From: Takakia lepidozioides
Lineage: Eukaryota > Plantae > Bryophyta
DNA length: 63,818 nucleotides
Direction of reading: 5' to 3'
Assembly (NCBI GenBank): GCA_030704615.1
Contig: CM060731.1
Location: forward strand, 88,040,183 to 88,104,000
Positions within the stretch are counted from its first letter, which is position 1. Every line of letters begins with the position of its first letter. The notes below the pieces were generated by a model. That model was given only the letters and a program-made list of their open reading frames with translations, was not told the DNA's origin and did not search any database. Made by a program: the position numbers and the translations under genes. Shown here piece by piece: positions 11,724-24,895 of the stretch.

Positions 11724-14700
11724 ATGCTCGAACCTGAGAGGGAGGGAGTGCGTGCACCAGAGAAGAGACATCGTCGCAAGCTCCGAAAATTGTACTTCGG
11801 ACGTAGGCCAATGCCGAAGGGGAGGAAGCAAATGTGTCTACAAGAGGAGATTGCCATCTCGCAACATCAGGCCACGCAGGCAACCCAGCCACCAGTGAGA
11901 GCTCCGTGCTATTGGGATTCGCCAGCTGAACGAGCACCGAAACCCCCCTCATTTTTCTTCGGCAATTCTTAGACTGTATGCTAGGAGACTTGAATGCAGA
12001 AGATGTTTGCATGCCTAACCGGAAAGGTGGACGTGCTGGAGGGATCGCAGGAATCCGAAGAGCCGCAGGCAGAGTCCGTGGAGCTAGCTGCAGCACGCAC
12101 ACCCAGCCGATCCACGAGCACGGGTCTTCCTGCTGGGCCTAGCCTTGTGCGTTTCAAGGACGCGGCTTCGAAGGGCAAGTCTTTGCAGTTCAAAGCCTCA
12201 GAGAGCGACTCGCGTTCGAAGGTCATGGAGAATCGCCAGCAGGGGTCTAGCCCTTCTCCAGCAAAGACGAAGAAGAAGCAGCCCATCCTTCAACTTGTTT
12301 CTGAACCGGACCAGGCCATTTCCCCCCCACCCAGGCGAATGAAGCAGATTCAATTGCAGCAGACACCTTCATCTGCAAGAATGAGGAAGCAGAAGGCAAT
12401 CAGGGGGAGGGCAGAGCAGTCTCCCGCAAAACCGATTCCACGAGCTGAAGCCCAGTTCCTGCTTGATTTCCAGCCTGGTGATGTTGGGGGCGTCTCTGCT
12501 GCAGCGAAGGCAATGGGATCGACCAATTTCATCGATCTGGTACCGGAGGAGGGTACTGCCGCTCAACACTCGCAGCAAGACCTGACCACCGTTGAGGAAG
12601 ATCTTCAGAATACTGCAGGCCCGGAGGAGGCCTCTGCAATTGCAGAATTGCCCGCAAAGATTCCCCAGAGTGCAGCTCTAGTTGGGAATGCTCCAGCTGG
12701 TCAGCCCCTACCGCCACCAACAGAAAAGTCTCTGGAGGAATTCCAAAGTGCAGCGGATACAATGTTGGAGGAGACACACAGTAGCATTGGCAGAGTTCTG
12801 GGCAGTAGGGTATTCCAGCGGACTCTTCGAATCCCACTCTGTCACATGGTCTCCCTTCCCATCGTCAGGCAGGCACTTCCCGGAGATGTGGATAAGCTCA
12901 AGTTCGCATTTCGAGAAGGGTACCGTCTAGGTTCGCCAGCCTTCTACGTTTCCCTTGAGAATGAGGACGGCGAATCTTGTGGACCCACTGCGGATGAATT
13001 GTCAACATGGGATACCCACTGGCACACTCGCAACGACGAATTTGAGGCAACGCTGAAGGGTGATCCAGACTTCGGCCATATGTTGGGTAAAATGTTCTTT
13101 GTGTGGGGCGGGAATCACCGACTTCTTGCCTGGTAGGAGTACATCAAGCAAAACCATGCCAAGCACATTGGCTGGCATTACATGGTGGAGTGTGATCCTC
13201 AAGGTGAAGGCGGCAGACTCCTCCCTGCTCAAGAATGCCATGGCGGACCTCAATTCATAAGATACTCATACCCTCCCAAGCACGTTCGAAATGTTGTGCC
13301 GCATTTCGGTTTCCAATCTGTTTTGTTTCCGTGCTTCCGTGGACTGAACTGGAGAGTGTGCCTTGCAGGGTCACTGAAAATGCGTACGTGCATACCCACA
13401 TGGCACATATGCTGTACAGGGTGAGGAAAACTGGTCTCACTGATCCGCACATGTTTGCGGAAATGCTGGAGCCCGAGCTCATTCAGAAAGCCGTGGCAAA
13501 AACTGACCGGACATGGTATCGTCTCACTATGGATGGAATGGTGGAGGTGATATACGAAGTAAGTCGTCCTCCCATTTCCCTCTGCTCATCCTTCCCCAAT
13601 TTTCAGTAATCTTCCCACATGAATCGAATGTAACGCTTCTGCATGTTTTTGTTGGCAGTCAAATATCAAGCTGGATTTGGCCCATGCCAAACGCTTCTTC
13701 ATGGAAAGTGAGGGGCATGTCAACACGTTGCAGTCATTGACTGAGCACTTGAAGGAAGCCGGGGTCAAGTCCAGAACGAAATACAAGTCAAAGCTTGTGA
13801 AGCTGGTGGCCATTGCAGATCCGACACTTGGAAAGGACTTCATCCCCGAGATTGCAAAACACTATTCTCGGGCCATGCAGCTGACCATGCAGTTGGAGAA
13901 ACTGCATCACCTCTCAACGGCATGTGTTGAGGCGAAAGAGAAGGTGAGGTTTCAATGCACTGAAGTTCCTTCCCAGCAATAGCCACTCTTCTTCCTGCTC
14001 CTGACATTGGATCGGAAATGGCAGACACGGTGGCTGTCGATCTGGAATGCATCGGAGAGTATAAGGACAATGTGGTCTTTTCCACTCAAAGTTTCCGACC
14101 CTGCAATGGATATGTGGCTCAACCACATGACTTGGTGGTTCTAGGTAATTCAAGGTACTTCCCCAGATTTGCTTTTCTGAAATGAATTCCCTGAACTGCT
14201 ACGCGACAATGCATGTGGGAATCGCAGGTAATGACGAATGCGAAGGAGCAAGTCGTAATGCATACAAATTCGTTCGGCTTGAACGTCAAATGGAATGGAA
14301 CACGGACATTGGAAGACTACGTGACACGTTTCAGATGTGCGTACAAGGACAACCTCTTCGCCAGGGAGCTGCAGACAGCAAGAAGGAGCGTGGAGTTTAC
14401 ACATCAGGATGGAGCTGGAAAAGCTACAATGCAAATTGTTTACAGATGAAGCCCAGCTGTCCTTGTATGCGAAGCCTGGTTATGAGGTTTGTCTGGGAAA
14501 TGCGGCACCGCATTCGCATTTTAAGTTTTCGGTTGCACTCTGCGAGTACGTTGGTCTCAACTTTTGCTCACGCATGCTGACTGCCCTGCAGGTATATGAA
14601 ATACGTGCTTCTTCAGACAGGGGCCCTGGCTCAAGAGCCCCCGTTCTTCATGGCTTGGACCGTGGCGGGCCCAAGCTGTGACTACACACCCGAGATGCAG

Positions 14701-16944
14701 AAACAATGGCATGCCGCGCATCTCGTTGGATGCCCGTGGTACCTGGACATGTCTGGCGGAATTGTTGACGAATCTGAGAAAGATCTGCACGCGAAAGCAG
14801 AAGAGAAGAGAAAGGAAAGACGTGTCCCTGCTGGGCCAGAGTCAGCAAAGGAAGCTGTTGCTCTAGAACAATCCAGAAAGGCAGCTGAGATAGCACAGAA
14901 GACGGTGGATGCAGCTGTGCAGGCTCAACAGAAGGGGTCGAAGAAGCGGACTCGCCAGCAAGGAGCAGCAGTTGTGACACCCAAGAAAACGAAGAAGCAG
15001 AAACAGATAGTGCAGGTAGAGGGTGAGGAAGATGACTCCGATGGAGACTTTGCAACCAGCCCACCCCCCGAGACGAGCCGAAATCCCCTGTGCCCACCGT
15101 TGTCACGAGAGGGACGAGAACTGGCTCGGCAAAGAAGGCACTCTTCAACCCCCCGGGGGGGGCACCCTTTCGAGCCGGTGGAAATGAAGAGGCCAAAAGT
15201 GGATCCTGATAAAGTAGTCCAGTGTGTGAATGAGAGTTTCTTGGCGGCTTTGGATGGACGGGCAGCCAAGTTGGCATACACGAAGACCATGGAGGGTCTG
15301 AAGGGCAGAGCACTGAAGAAGGCGGCTGCTGAAGAGCCTTCCGACACCCCAGGGTTTCTGAAGATGGTCTCGTTCTTTGAGAGGGTGTGTGCAGACAAGG
15401 ATTGCAGGAGGGGCGGAAATGCCACCGAGTGGTCTTGCGATATGATCATCTTGGATATTCCGGACGGAGAGCCTGTGGAAGGACTGCAAGCTTTGCCATC
15501 TTGGAACAGGTACTCCGAGGACTTTTGGAAGAAAGGATTCGGGCTCGCCCGCATGGTGTTGGACGACAAAGGCTGTGTGGTAGTCCTGGCGAGCAGAGGC
15601 AAAAACACGCAGACAAGAATTGCGAAGTGGACCCGCAAGAACACCGTCCCAATTCTGAAGAAGAAGTGGACGTGCATCAACACATTGGGCCTTCGGTTGG
15701 AAGGGAAGAAGGTAATTATGACATTGGCACTCGTCCTTTCATTTTCTTAGGAGTTTTGAAATGCGGTGCCGCATTCGATTTCTAATCGTTCCCCACTGTG
15801 TATGCAGACAAAGCAGTTCGATGCATACTTCTTTGTGAAGGAGAACTCCACCTTTGCTTTCCGGAAGGAGGGATTGTTGGTTGACCCGAACTGCAACCCC
15901 ATCGATTACGACGTCTTGTTCAACAATGTTCCCATGGAACTTCTCCCTCATAGCCTCACTTCAACTGAACCCCTGCGGTTTTCACGGACTCAGAGCCCTG
16001 CCTTCATTCAGACAATTATGGAGACATGCACTGACATTGAGGGCACAGTGCTCGACCTCATCTGTGGGACAGGTATGCAGAATCTTGTTGTATGCTATTC
16101 TGCAAATTCTCGTTATGCTTTCATTCGCAACATCTGAAGGGCCATGTCATAATTTGTGGATGGCATTGTAACAGGTGCCTCAATGTGGGCTCGGCGGTTT
16201 TCCGACCGGCACCTCTTTGCCTACGAGGAGGGCACATCCGTCTGGGGATCCCATCTGGAAGGGCTGCAATGGAATGTGAAGGCTCCCATCAAAACCAAGG
16301 ACTCCTCGGATTCGTCGGAGTCGGAGGAAGAGACAGTGGACATTGATGCCGAGGAGAACCCGGAATACGAGTGAGTGCAAACATTGTAAGTTTGCAAAGC
16401 CTTCTGGGTGATTTTTTGTCAAACGCATTTCCGGACTCTGGTTCTCATTGGTCTCGCTGGTGATTGTTATGTGCAGGATTCCAGGATCCGGGTCGAAACA
16501 TGTAGGGCCTACACTTCCTGCCAGGAAGAATGTGCCGTTCTTTGCGAGGGCCGACTTCATGACGAGCCCGGTAAGGACTACTCCCTTCCTAGTTATGCAG
16601 CTAAACTCGCAAATACAGCGATTAGGCGATGTGAGAATCCCAGTAAAGTAGAGCAGATTTTGGAGAGGGCTAGGGAGGACAGAATGATAAGGAAAGAGTT
16701 GGCAACAGCTGAGACAGGTAGACGGGTGCGAAAGTTCATATGTGATTCAGCGGATGAGAGCGATGCAGATAGGGAGGACGACGAGCCAACGGAGGTGAGA
16801 TGGTCGGTTCCGCAAGGTGAAGATGGGATTTTCGAAAGCCTGGCCAACAACCAGTCTGCTGGAGATGAGAAAGACAATGACGGGGTGGAGGCGGAGCAAG
16901 ACAGTCAAGGACAGGACGAAGATAGTGATGATTTTCAAGATTAA
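11724..16944 (+). pseudogene. Spliced ParB/Srx-like + beta-class amino-methyltransferase-like fusion gene, copy B (~1400 aa model)
   Basis: Manual exons 11724-11894, 12000-13256, 13369-13558, 13659-13943, 14025-14144, 14228-14445, 14592-15711, 15808-16072, 16175-16370, 16478-16944 with compatible phases. Lesions: stops at 13134 and 14142, donors mutated GT>AT at 13257 and 14446, small frameshifts. Confidence 0.7.
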
Positions 16945-16984
16945 TAGAATTTTAATGAACTCTCTGTACATTTAAATTCTATTC

Positions 16985-17750
16985 GTTGTGACACCCAAGA
17001 AAACAAAGAAGCAGAAACAGATAGTGTAGGAAGAGGGTGAGGAAGAGTACTCCGATGGAGACTTTGCAACCAGCCCACCCCCCGAAACGCAGCCAAAATC
17101 CCCTGTGCCCACCGTTGTCACGAGAGGGACGAGAACTGGCTCGGCAAAGAAGGCACTCTTCAACCCCCCGGGGGGGCACCCTTTCGAGCCGGTGGAAATG
17201 AAGAGGCCGAAAGTGGATCCCGATACAGTAGTCCAGTGTGTAAATGAGAGTTTCTTGGCGGCTTTGGATGGACGGGCAGCCAAGTTGGCATTTATGAAGA
17301 CCATGGAGGGTCTGAAGGGCAGAGCACTGAAAAAGGCGGCTGCCGAAGAGCCTTCCGACACCCCAGGGTTTCTGAAGATGGTCTCGTTCTTTGAGAGGGT
17401 GTGTGCAGACAAGGATTGCAGGAGGGGCGGAAATGCCACCGAGTGGTCTTGCGATATGATCATCTTGGATATTCCGGATGGAGAGCCTCTGGAAGGACTG
17501 CAAGCTTTGCCATCTTGGAACAGGTACTCCGAGGACTTTTGGAAGAAAGGATTCGGGCTCGCCCGCATGGTGTTGGACGACAAAGGCTGTGTGGTTGTCC
17601 TGGCAAGCAGAGGCAAAAACACACAGACAAGAATTGCGAAGTGGACCCGCAAGAGCGCCGTCCCAATTCTGAAGAAGAAGTGGACGTGCATCAACACATT
17701 GGGCCTTCGGTCGGAAGGGAAGAAGGTAATTACGACATTGGCACTTGTGC
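16985..17750 (+). pseudogene. Partial duplicate of the large methyltransferase exon
   Basis: Matches ~14970-15735 including MIILDIPDG. Confidence 0.8.
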
Positions 17751-18269
17751 CCGGTTTGAGCTTGAATTTGGAACAAAGGTAAGTTTCAGTAACCCTGCAA
17801 AGTCCTCCCTCGTTTGGGATCCAGGCTCTCCCAAGTTGCGGAGGACAGCAAACTATAGCGTAGGAATTCAGAGCCATCGAAGACCGCACGAAGTTGGCAA
17901 GTGCGAGGCTTAGTATAGCGACAGACCAAGGCTCACAGGCACCATGTAAGTGGATCTGCGGAGTCCATCGACGATTGGAAGTCGCACATTGAAGTGGAAA
18001 GTATTGTTTCAAGCTACATGCATGAAGGTGGGAGGTGTGATTCCATAGCCAGTAAGTATGACAATGATGGCCGATTCGGCGACGAAATAACATCTCCTGA
18101 CAGTTTCTCATGAGGGTGGATCCAGCAGTATTCTCGGTGCGGACATGAACGTTCGCACAGACAAGTGCCAGGACAGTTAGTTAAAACGGTCAGACAACCA
18201 AGTTGTGCTCATCAAGACAGGCCGCAATTGTGTTGTTTCGGAACAATGCAACCCATTGAGGTTCCGCAT

Positions 18270-20090
18270 GCGGAAATGAGGTTCCGCATTTCCGTCTGGA
18301 GTGATACTTTCGATTGCTGCTGGACGGAAATACAGCGCCGCATAACTGTTTTGCATCTTAGTCATGCACCAGTGCGACAGAAATGCGGCACCGAGTTTCC
18401 GTCCGGGGAAAACCTTTATACTCTCCAAAACGGAAATGCGGTGCCGCATTTCCATCCAACAAGCACGGTATGTGAAGGTGGAACGGAAATGCGGTACCGC
18501 ATTTCCGTTCTAATTGAAAATCATGAACCACGGGAACTGAAATGCGGCACCGCATTTCCGTCCGAGTCACACCTTCCGACATTCCAGAACAGAAATTATG
18601 CGCCGCATTTCCGTTTTGTATCTGACGCATGAAGCTGAGGGATAGAAATGTTGGACCGCATTTCCATCCGGGTGAGACCTTCATACTCTCCATAACGGAA
18701 ATGCGGTACCGTATTTCCGTTCTGACTGAAAATCGTGAACCATCGGAACTGAAATGCGCCACCACATTTCCGTCTGAGTCGCACCTTCCGACATTCCAGA
18801 ACGGAAATGCGGCACCGCATTTCCGTTTAGTATCTTAGGCATGGAGCGGAGTGACGGAAATGCTACAGCGCATTTCCGACCGGTTAAGACCTTCAAACTC
18901 TCCAGAACGGAAATGCGGTACCGCATTTCCGTTCTGATTGAGAATTATGAACATCGGGAACTAAAATGCGGCACAGCATTTCCGTCCGAGTCGCACCTTC
19001 CGACATACCAGATCGGAAATGCGGCGCCGCATTTCCGTTTTCTATCTCAGGCATGGAGAGGAGCAACGAAAATTTTGCACCGCATTTCCGTCCGTTTGAG
19101 ACCTTCATACTCTCCAGAATGGAAATGCGGTACCGCATTTCCATTCTGATTGAGAATTATGAACAACGGGAACTGAAATGCGGCACCGCATTTCCGTCCG
19201 AGTCGCACCTTCCGACATACCAGATCGGAAATGCGGCGCCGCATTTCCGTTTTCTATCTCAGGCATGGAGCGGAGGGACGAGAATTTTGCACCGCATTTC
19301 CGTCCGTTTGAGACCTTCATACTCTCCAGAACGGAAATGCGTTACAGCATTTCCGTTCTAACTGAAAATCGTGAACCATCGGAACTGAAATGCGGCACCG
19401 CATTTCCGTCCGAGTCGCACCTTCCGACATACCAGATCGGAAATGCGGTGCCGCATTTCCGTTTTCTATCTCAGGCATGGAGCGGAGGGACGAAAATTTA
19501 GCACCGCATTTCCGTCCGTTTGAGACCTTCATACTCTCCAGAACAGAAATGCGTTACCGCATTTCCGTCCGAGTCGCACCTTCCGACATTCCAGAACGGA
19601 AATGCGGCGCCGCATTTCCTTTTTGTATATGAGGCCTGGAGCTGTGGGACGGAAATGAGGTGCTGCATTTCCATCCATGTGAGACCTTCAAACTTTCCAG
19701 ACCGAAAATGCGGCACCGCATTTCCGTTCAGGTGAGACCTTTATACTTTCTCGAACGGAAATGTGGCACGACATTTTTGTTCATCAACTAAGGTATGTGA
19801 AGGTGGAACGGAAATGCGGTACCGCATTTCCGTTCAGATTGGAAATCATGAACCACGGGAACTGAAATGCGGTGCCGCATTTCCCTTTTGTATCTCAGGC
19901 ATGGAGCTGTGGGACGGAAATGCGGCACTGTATTTCCGTTCACCAACTAAGGTATGTGAAGGTGGAACGGAAATGCGGTGCCGCATTTTCTTCCAACAAG
20001 TTCGGATGTGTAGCTTCGTGATGGTACTTAACGGAAATGCGGCGCCGCATTTGCATTTTCACTCCAACTCATCAGACGCTGGGACGGAAA
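18270..20090. repeat. Large palindrome array with ~212-bp higher-order period
   Basis: Dozens of GGAAATGCGGYRCCGCATTTCC copies; near-identical spurious ORFs start at 18966, 19178 and 19390. Confidence 0.9.
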
Positions 20091-20403
20091 TGCCTTGAAA
20101 TGTGAACACGTGGAGCAACGGAATTGCGGCACATGTCTGCACTCTATTTGACTGAAGTGGCATGAGGCGGCGCGGCCTGACCGTTGGATAATGATGTTTG
20201 TTTTTCGGACTGCTGGCGTACCCTGAACGATTCGAATTTTGTAATGACGCAAAGTCCACGAGGAGACACTTTCGTCCAACCCTTTCGAACCCAAGTGGTG
20301 CATCACCGCCGTTTCATCTTCTTTTGTCGTGTCTCCTCAGTCACCCCTCTCGCGCCCTTTCCATCTGCACTCTTCGCCCCTTTTCCCTGTCTCTATTCTT
20401 CTT

Positions 20404-23400
20404 ATGCTCGAACCTGAGAGGGAGGGAGTGCGTGCACCAGAGAAGAGACATCGTCGCAAGCTCCGAAAATTGTACTTCGGACGTAGGCCAATGCCAAAGG
20501 GGAGGAAGCAGATGCGTCTACAGGAGGAGATTGCCATCTCGCAGCATCAGGCCACGCAGGCAACCCAGCCACCAGTGAGATCTCCTTGCTATCGGGTTCG
20601 CCAGCTGATCGAGCACCGAAACCCGCCTCATTTTTCTTCTGCAATTCTTAGACTGTATGCTAGGAGACTTGAATGCAGAAGATGTTTGCATGCCTAACCG
20701 GAAAGGTGGACGTGCTGGAGGGATCGCAAGAATCCAAAGAGCCGCAGGCAGAGTCCGTGGAGCTAGCTGCAGCACGCACACCCAGCCGATCCACGAGCAC
20801 GGGTCTTCCTGCCGGGCCTAGCCCTGTGCGTTTCAAGGACGCGGCTTCCAAGGCAAGTCTTTGAAGTTCAAAGCCCTTGAGAGCGACTCGCCTTCGAAGG
20901 TCATGGAGAATCGTCAGCAGGGGTCTAGCCCTTCTCCAGCAAAGACGAAGAAGAAGCAGCCCGTCCTTCAACTTGTTTCTGAACCGGACCAGGCTGTTTC
21001 CCCCCCACCCAGGCGAATGAAGCAGATTCAATTGCAGCAGACACCTTCACCTGCAAGAATGAGGAAGCACAAGGCAATCAGGGGGAGGGCGGAGCAGTCT
21101 CCCGCAAAACCGATTCCACGAGCTGAAGCCCAATTCCTGCTTGAAAAGAAGGAGCGTGGAGTTTACACATCAGGAGGGAGCGGGAAAAGCTGCAATGCAA
21201 ATTGTTTACAGGTGAAGCCCAGTTGTCCTTGTATGCAAAGCCTGGTAATGAGGTTTGTTTGGGAAATGCGGCACCGCATTCGCATTTTATGTTTAGGTTG
21301 CACTCTGCGAGTACGTTGGTCTCAACTTTTGCTCACGCATGCTGACTGCCCTGCAGGTATATGAAATACGTGCTTCTTCAGACAGGGGCCCTGGCTCAAG
21401 AGCCCCCGTTCTTCATGGCTTGGACCGTGGCGGGCCCAAGCTGTGTCTACACACTCGAGCTGCAGAAACAATGGCATGCCGCGCATCTCGTTGGATGCCC
21501 GTGGTACCTGGACATGTCTGGCGGAATTGTTGACGAGTCTGAGAAAGATCTGCACGCAAAAGCAGAAGAGAAGAGAAATGAAAGACGTGTCCCTGCTCGG
21601 CCAGAGTCAGCAAAGGAAGCTGCTGCTCTGGAACAATCCAGAAAGGCAGCTGAGATGGCACAGAAGACGGTGGATGCAGTTGTGCAGGCTCAACAGAAGG
21701 GGTCGAAGAAGCGGACTCGCCAGCAAGGAGCAGCAGTTGTGACACCCAAGAAAACGAAGAAGCAGAAACAGAAAGTGTAGGTAGAGGGTGAGGAAGAGGA
21801 CTCCAATGGAGACTTTGCAACCAGCCCACCCCCCGAGACGCAGCCGAAATCCCCTGTGCCCACCGTTGTCACGAGAGGGACGAGAACTGGCTCGGCAAAG
21901 AAGGCACTCTTCAACCCCCCGGGGGGGCACCCTTTCGAGCCGGTGGAAATGAAGAGGCCGAAAGTGGATCCTGATACAGTAGTCCAGTGTGTGAATGAGA
22001 GTTTCTTGGCGGCTTTGGATGGACGGGCAGCCAAGTTGGCATACATGAAGACCATGGAGGGTCTGAAGGGCAGAGCACTGAAGAAGGCGGCTGCCAAAGA
22101 GCCTTCCGACACCCTCGAGTTTCTAAAGATGGTCTCGTTCTTTGAGAGGGTGTGTGCAGACAAGGATTGCAGGAGGGGCGGAAATGCCACCGATTGGTCT
22201 TGCGATATGATCATCTTGGATATTCCAGACGGAGAGCATGTGGAAGGACTGTAAGCTTTGCCATCTTGGAACAGGTACTCCGAGGACTTTTGGAAGAAAG
22301 GATTCGGGCTCGCCCGCATGGTGTTGGACGACAGAGGCTGTGTGGTTGTCCTGGCGAGCAGAGGCAAAAACACGCAGACAGGAATTGCGAATTGGACCCG
22401 CAAGAGCGCCGTCCCAATTCTGAAGAAGAAGTGGACGTGCATCAACACATTGGGCCTTCGGTCGGAAGGGAAGAAGGTAATTACGACCTTGGCACTTGTC
22501 CTTTCATTTTCTTAGGAGTCTTGAAATGCGGTGCCGCATTCGATTTCTAATCGTTCCCCACTGTGTATGCAGACGAAGCAGTTCGATGCATACTGCTTTG
22601 TGAAGGAGAACTCCACCTTTGCTTTCCGGAATGAGGGATTGTTGGTTGACCCGAACTGCGACCCCATCGATTACGACGTCCTGTTCAACAATGTTCCCAC
22701 AGAACTTCTCCCTCATAGCGTCACTTTAACTGAACCCCTGCGGTATTCAAGCACGCGGAGCCCTGCCTTCATTCAGACAATTATGGAGACATGCACTGAC
22801 GTGGAGGGCACAGTGCTCGACCTCATCTGTGGGACAGGTATGCAGAATCTTGTTGTATGCTTTTCTGCAAACTCTCGTTATGCTTTCATTTGCAACATCT
22901 GAAGGGCCATGTCATAATGTGTGGATGGTATTGTAACAGGTGCCTCAATGTGGGCTGGGCGGTTTTCCGACCGGCACCTCTTTGCCTACGAGGAGGACAC
23001 AGGCGTCTGGGGATCCCATCTGGAAGGGCAGCAACGGAATGTGAAGGCTCCCATCGAAGTCAAAGACTCCTCGGATTCGTCGGAGTCGGAGGAAGAGACA
23101 GTGGACATTGATGCCGAGGAGAACCCGGAATACGAGTGAGTGCAAACATTGTAAGTTTGCAAAGCCTTCTGAGTGATTTTTTGTTAAACGCATACCCGGA
23201 CTGTGGTTCTCATTGGTCTCGTTGGTGATTGTTATATGCAGGATTGGAGGATCCGGGTCGAAACATGTAAGGCCTACACTTCCTGCGAGGAAGAATGTTC
23301 CGTTCTTTGCGAGGGCCGACTTCATGACGAGCCTGGTGAAGGACTACTCCCTTCCTAGTTATGCAGCTAAACTCGCAAATACAGCGATTAGGCGATGTGA

Positions 23401-23710
23401 GAATCCCAGTAAAGTAGAGCAGATTTTGGAGAGGGCTAGGGAGGACAGAAGGATAAGGAAAGAGTTGGCAACAGCTGAGGCAGGTAGACGGGTGCGAAAG
23501 TTCATATGTGATTCAGCGGATGAGAGCGATGCAGACAGGGAGGACGACGAGCCAACGGAGGTGAGATGGTCGGTTCCGCAAGGTGAAGATGGGATTTTCG
23601 AAAGCTTGGCCAACGACCAGTCCGCTGGAGATGAGAAAGGCAATGACGGGGTGGAGGCGGAGCAGGACAGTCAAGGACAGGACGACAGTAGTGATGATTT
23701 TCAAGATTAA
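20404..23710 (+). pseudogene. ParB-MTase gene copy C with the ParB region deleted
   Basis: Junction at ~21143 joins equivalents of ~12463 and ~14380; in-frame stops at 21778 and 22252. Confidence 0.75.
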
Positions 23711-23844
23711 TACAATTTTAATGAACTCTTTGTACATTTAAATTCAATTCCAGAGTATATAAAGGGAATTCTCCCCGTCCTTCATGTCCCCTCTCCCATG
23801 TGCTTCTAAACGACAACATCGTCCAAACCTGGTCCCTCCCAAAA

Positions 23845-24895
23845 TCTGAAATGCGGCACCGCATTTCAATGTCTGAACGGAAATGTGGCAACTGCAAAAA
23901 CCTCCTTTGGAAATGCGGCACCGCATTTCCAAAACCGGGGCAAGAACAAATTTCCGTTTCATGGTTTGGACATTAGAAACTGTTCGGACAAACGGAAATG
24001 AAGTGCCGCATTTTTGTTTCCGACACTGCAATTTTGCCGATTGCCAGCTCCTTCCATGGATGTAAATCGAAATGCGGAGGTCGAACATGGAAATGTGGTG
24101 CCGCATTTACCTTTTGGAGATGGACATTTTTCCAACTGCAGACCCATCGACGTTCTTGGGCTCCCCATTCCATGATGCTAGACGGGAATGCGGCACCGCA
24201 TTCCATTGTCCAATAAGAAATTTCGATGACGTACATGGAAATGCGGCGCCGCATTTCCAAAAGGGACATCGTTGTTTGCCCAATTCCAGACCCTTTGATG
24301 GAAATGCGGCACCGCATTCCATCGTCCTATAAAAACTTACATTGTCCTATAAAAACTTTCAATTGCCCAACATGGGAAATGCGGCGCCGCATTTCCAAAA
24401 CAGACATCGTTGTTTGTCCAATTCCAGACCCGTGTGGGCATTCCGTCTTGATGGACGGAAATGCGGCACCGCATTCCATTGTCCGATTCGATATTTTGAT
24501 GACAGACATGGAAATGCGGTGCCGCATTTCCAGAACTTCCATGTTGTTTGTCTAATTCCAGACCCTTCGACGGAAATGCGGCACCGCATTCCATTGTGCT
24601 CTCCGGAAATGCTGTGCCGCATTTCATTGTCCGGTACGAAATTTCGATGACGGACATGGAAATGCGGTGCCGCATTTCAAGTATGGACATGGACAAGCAT
24701 TAGCGACTAGACATGCTTGGATAGTTCAAGGTCGAATATGGAAATGCGGCGCCGCATTTCAAATTCGAAGTATGGTAATGCCATGTCAGGAAATGAAATG
24801 TTGTACAGCATTTCCGTTACGACGACAACGGAGGAAAGGGAGCTGCCAGAAATCGCTTCATGGAGAAAATGGAATGCGGTGCCGAATTTCCGAGC
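23845..24895. repeat. Palindrome array downstream of the MTase gene
   Basis: About 17 full or partial palindromes counted by eye. Confidence 0.9.

Noticed and set aside
14925-15683. Antisense 252-aa ORFs (also 8016..8774, 21690..22448, 16972..18111)
   Set aside because: Shadow frames of the methyltransferase exon
11724-16944. Bacterial or phage contamination explaining ParB and MTase motifs
   Set aside because: The gene has spliceosomal introns at positions conserved between families and is embedded among plant-type transposons
18270-20090. CRISPR array (palindromic repeat plus spacers)
   Set aside because: Spacers recur in a ~212-bp higher-order unit, lengths vary, there are no cas genes and the context is eukaryotic
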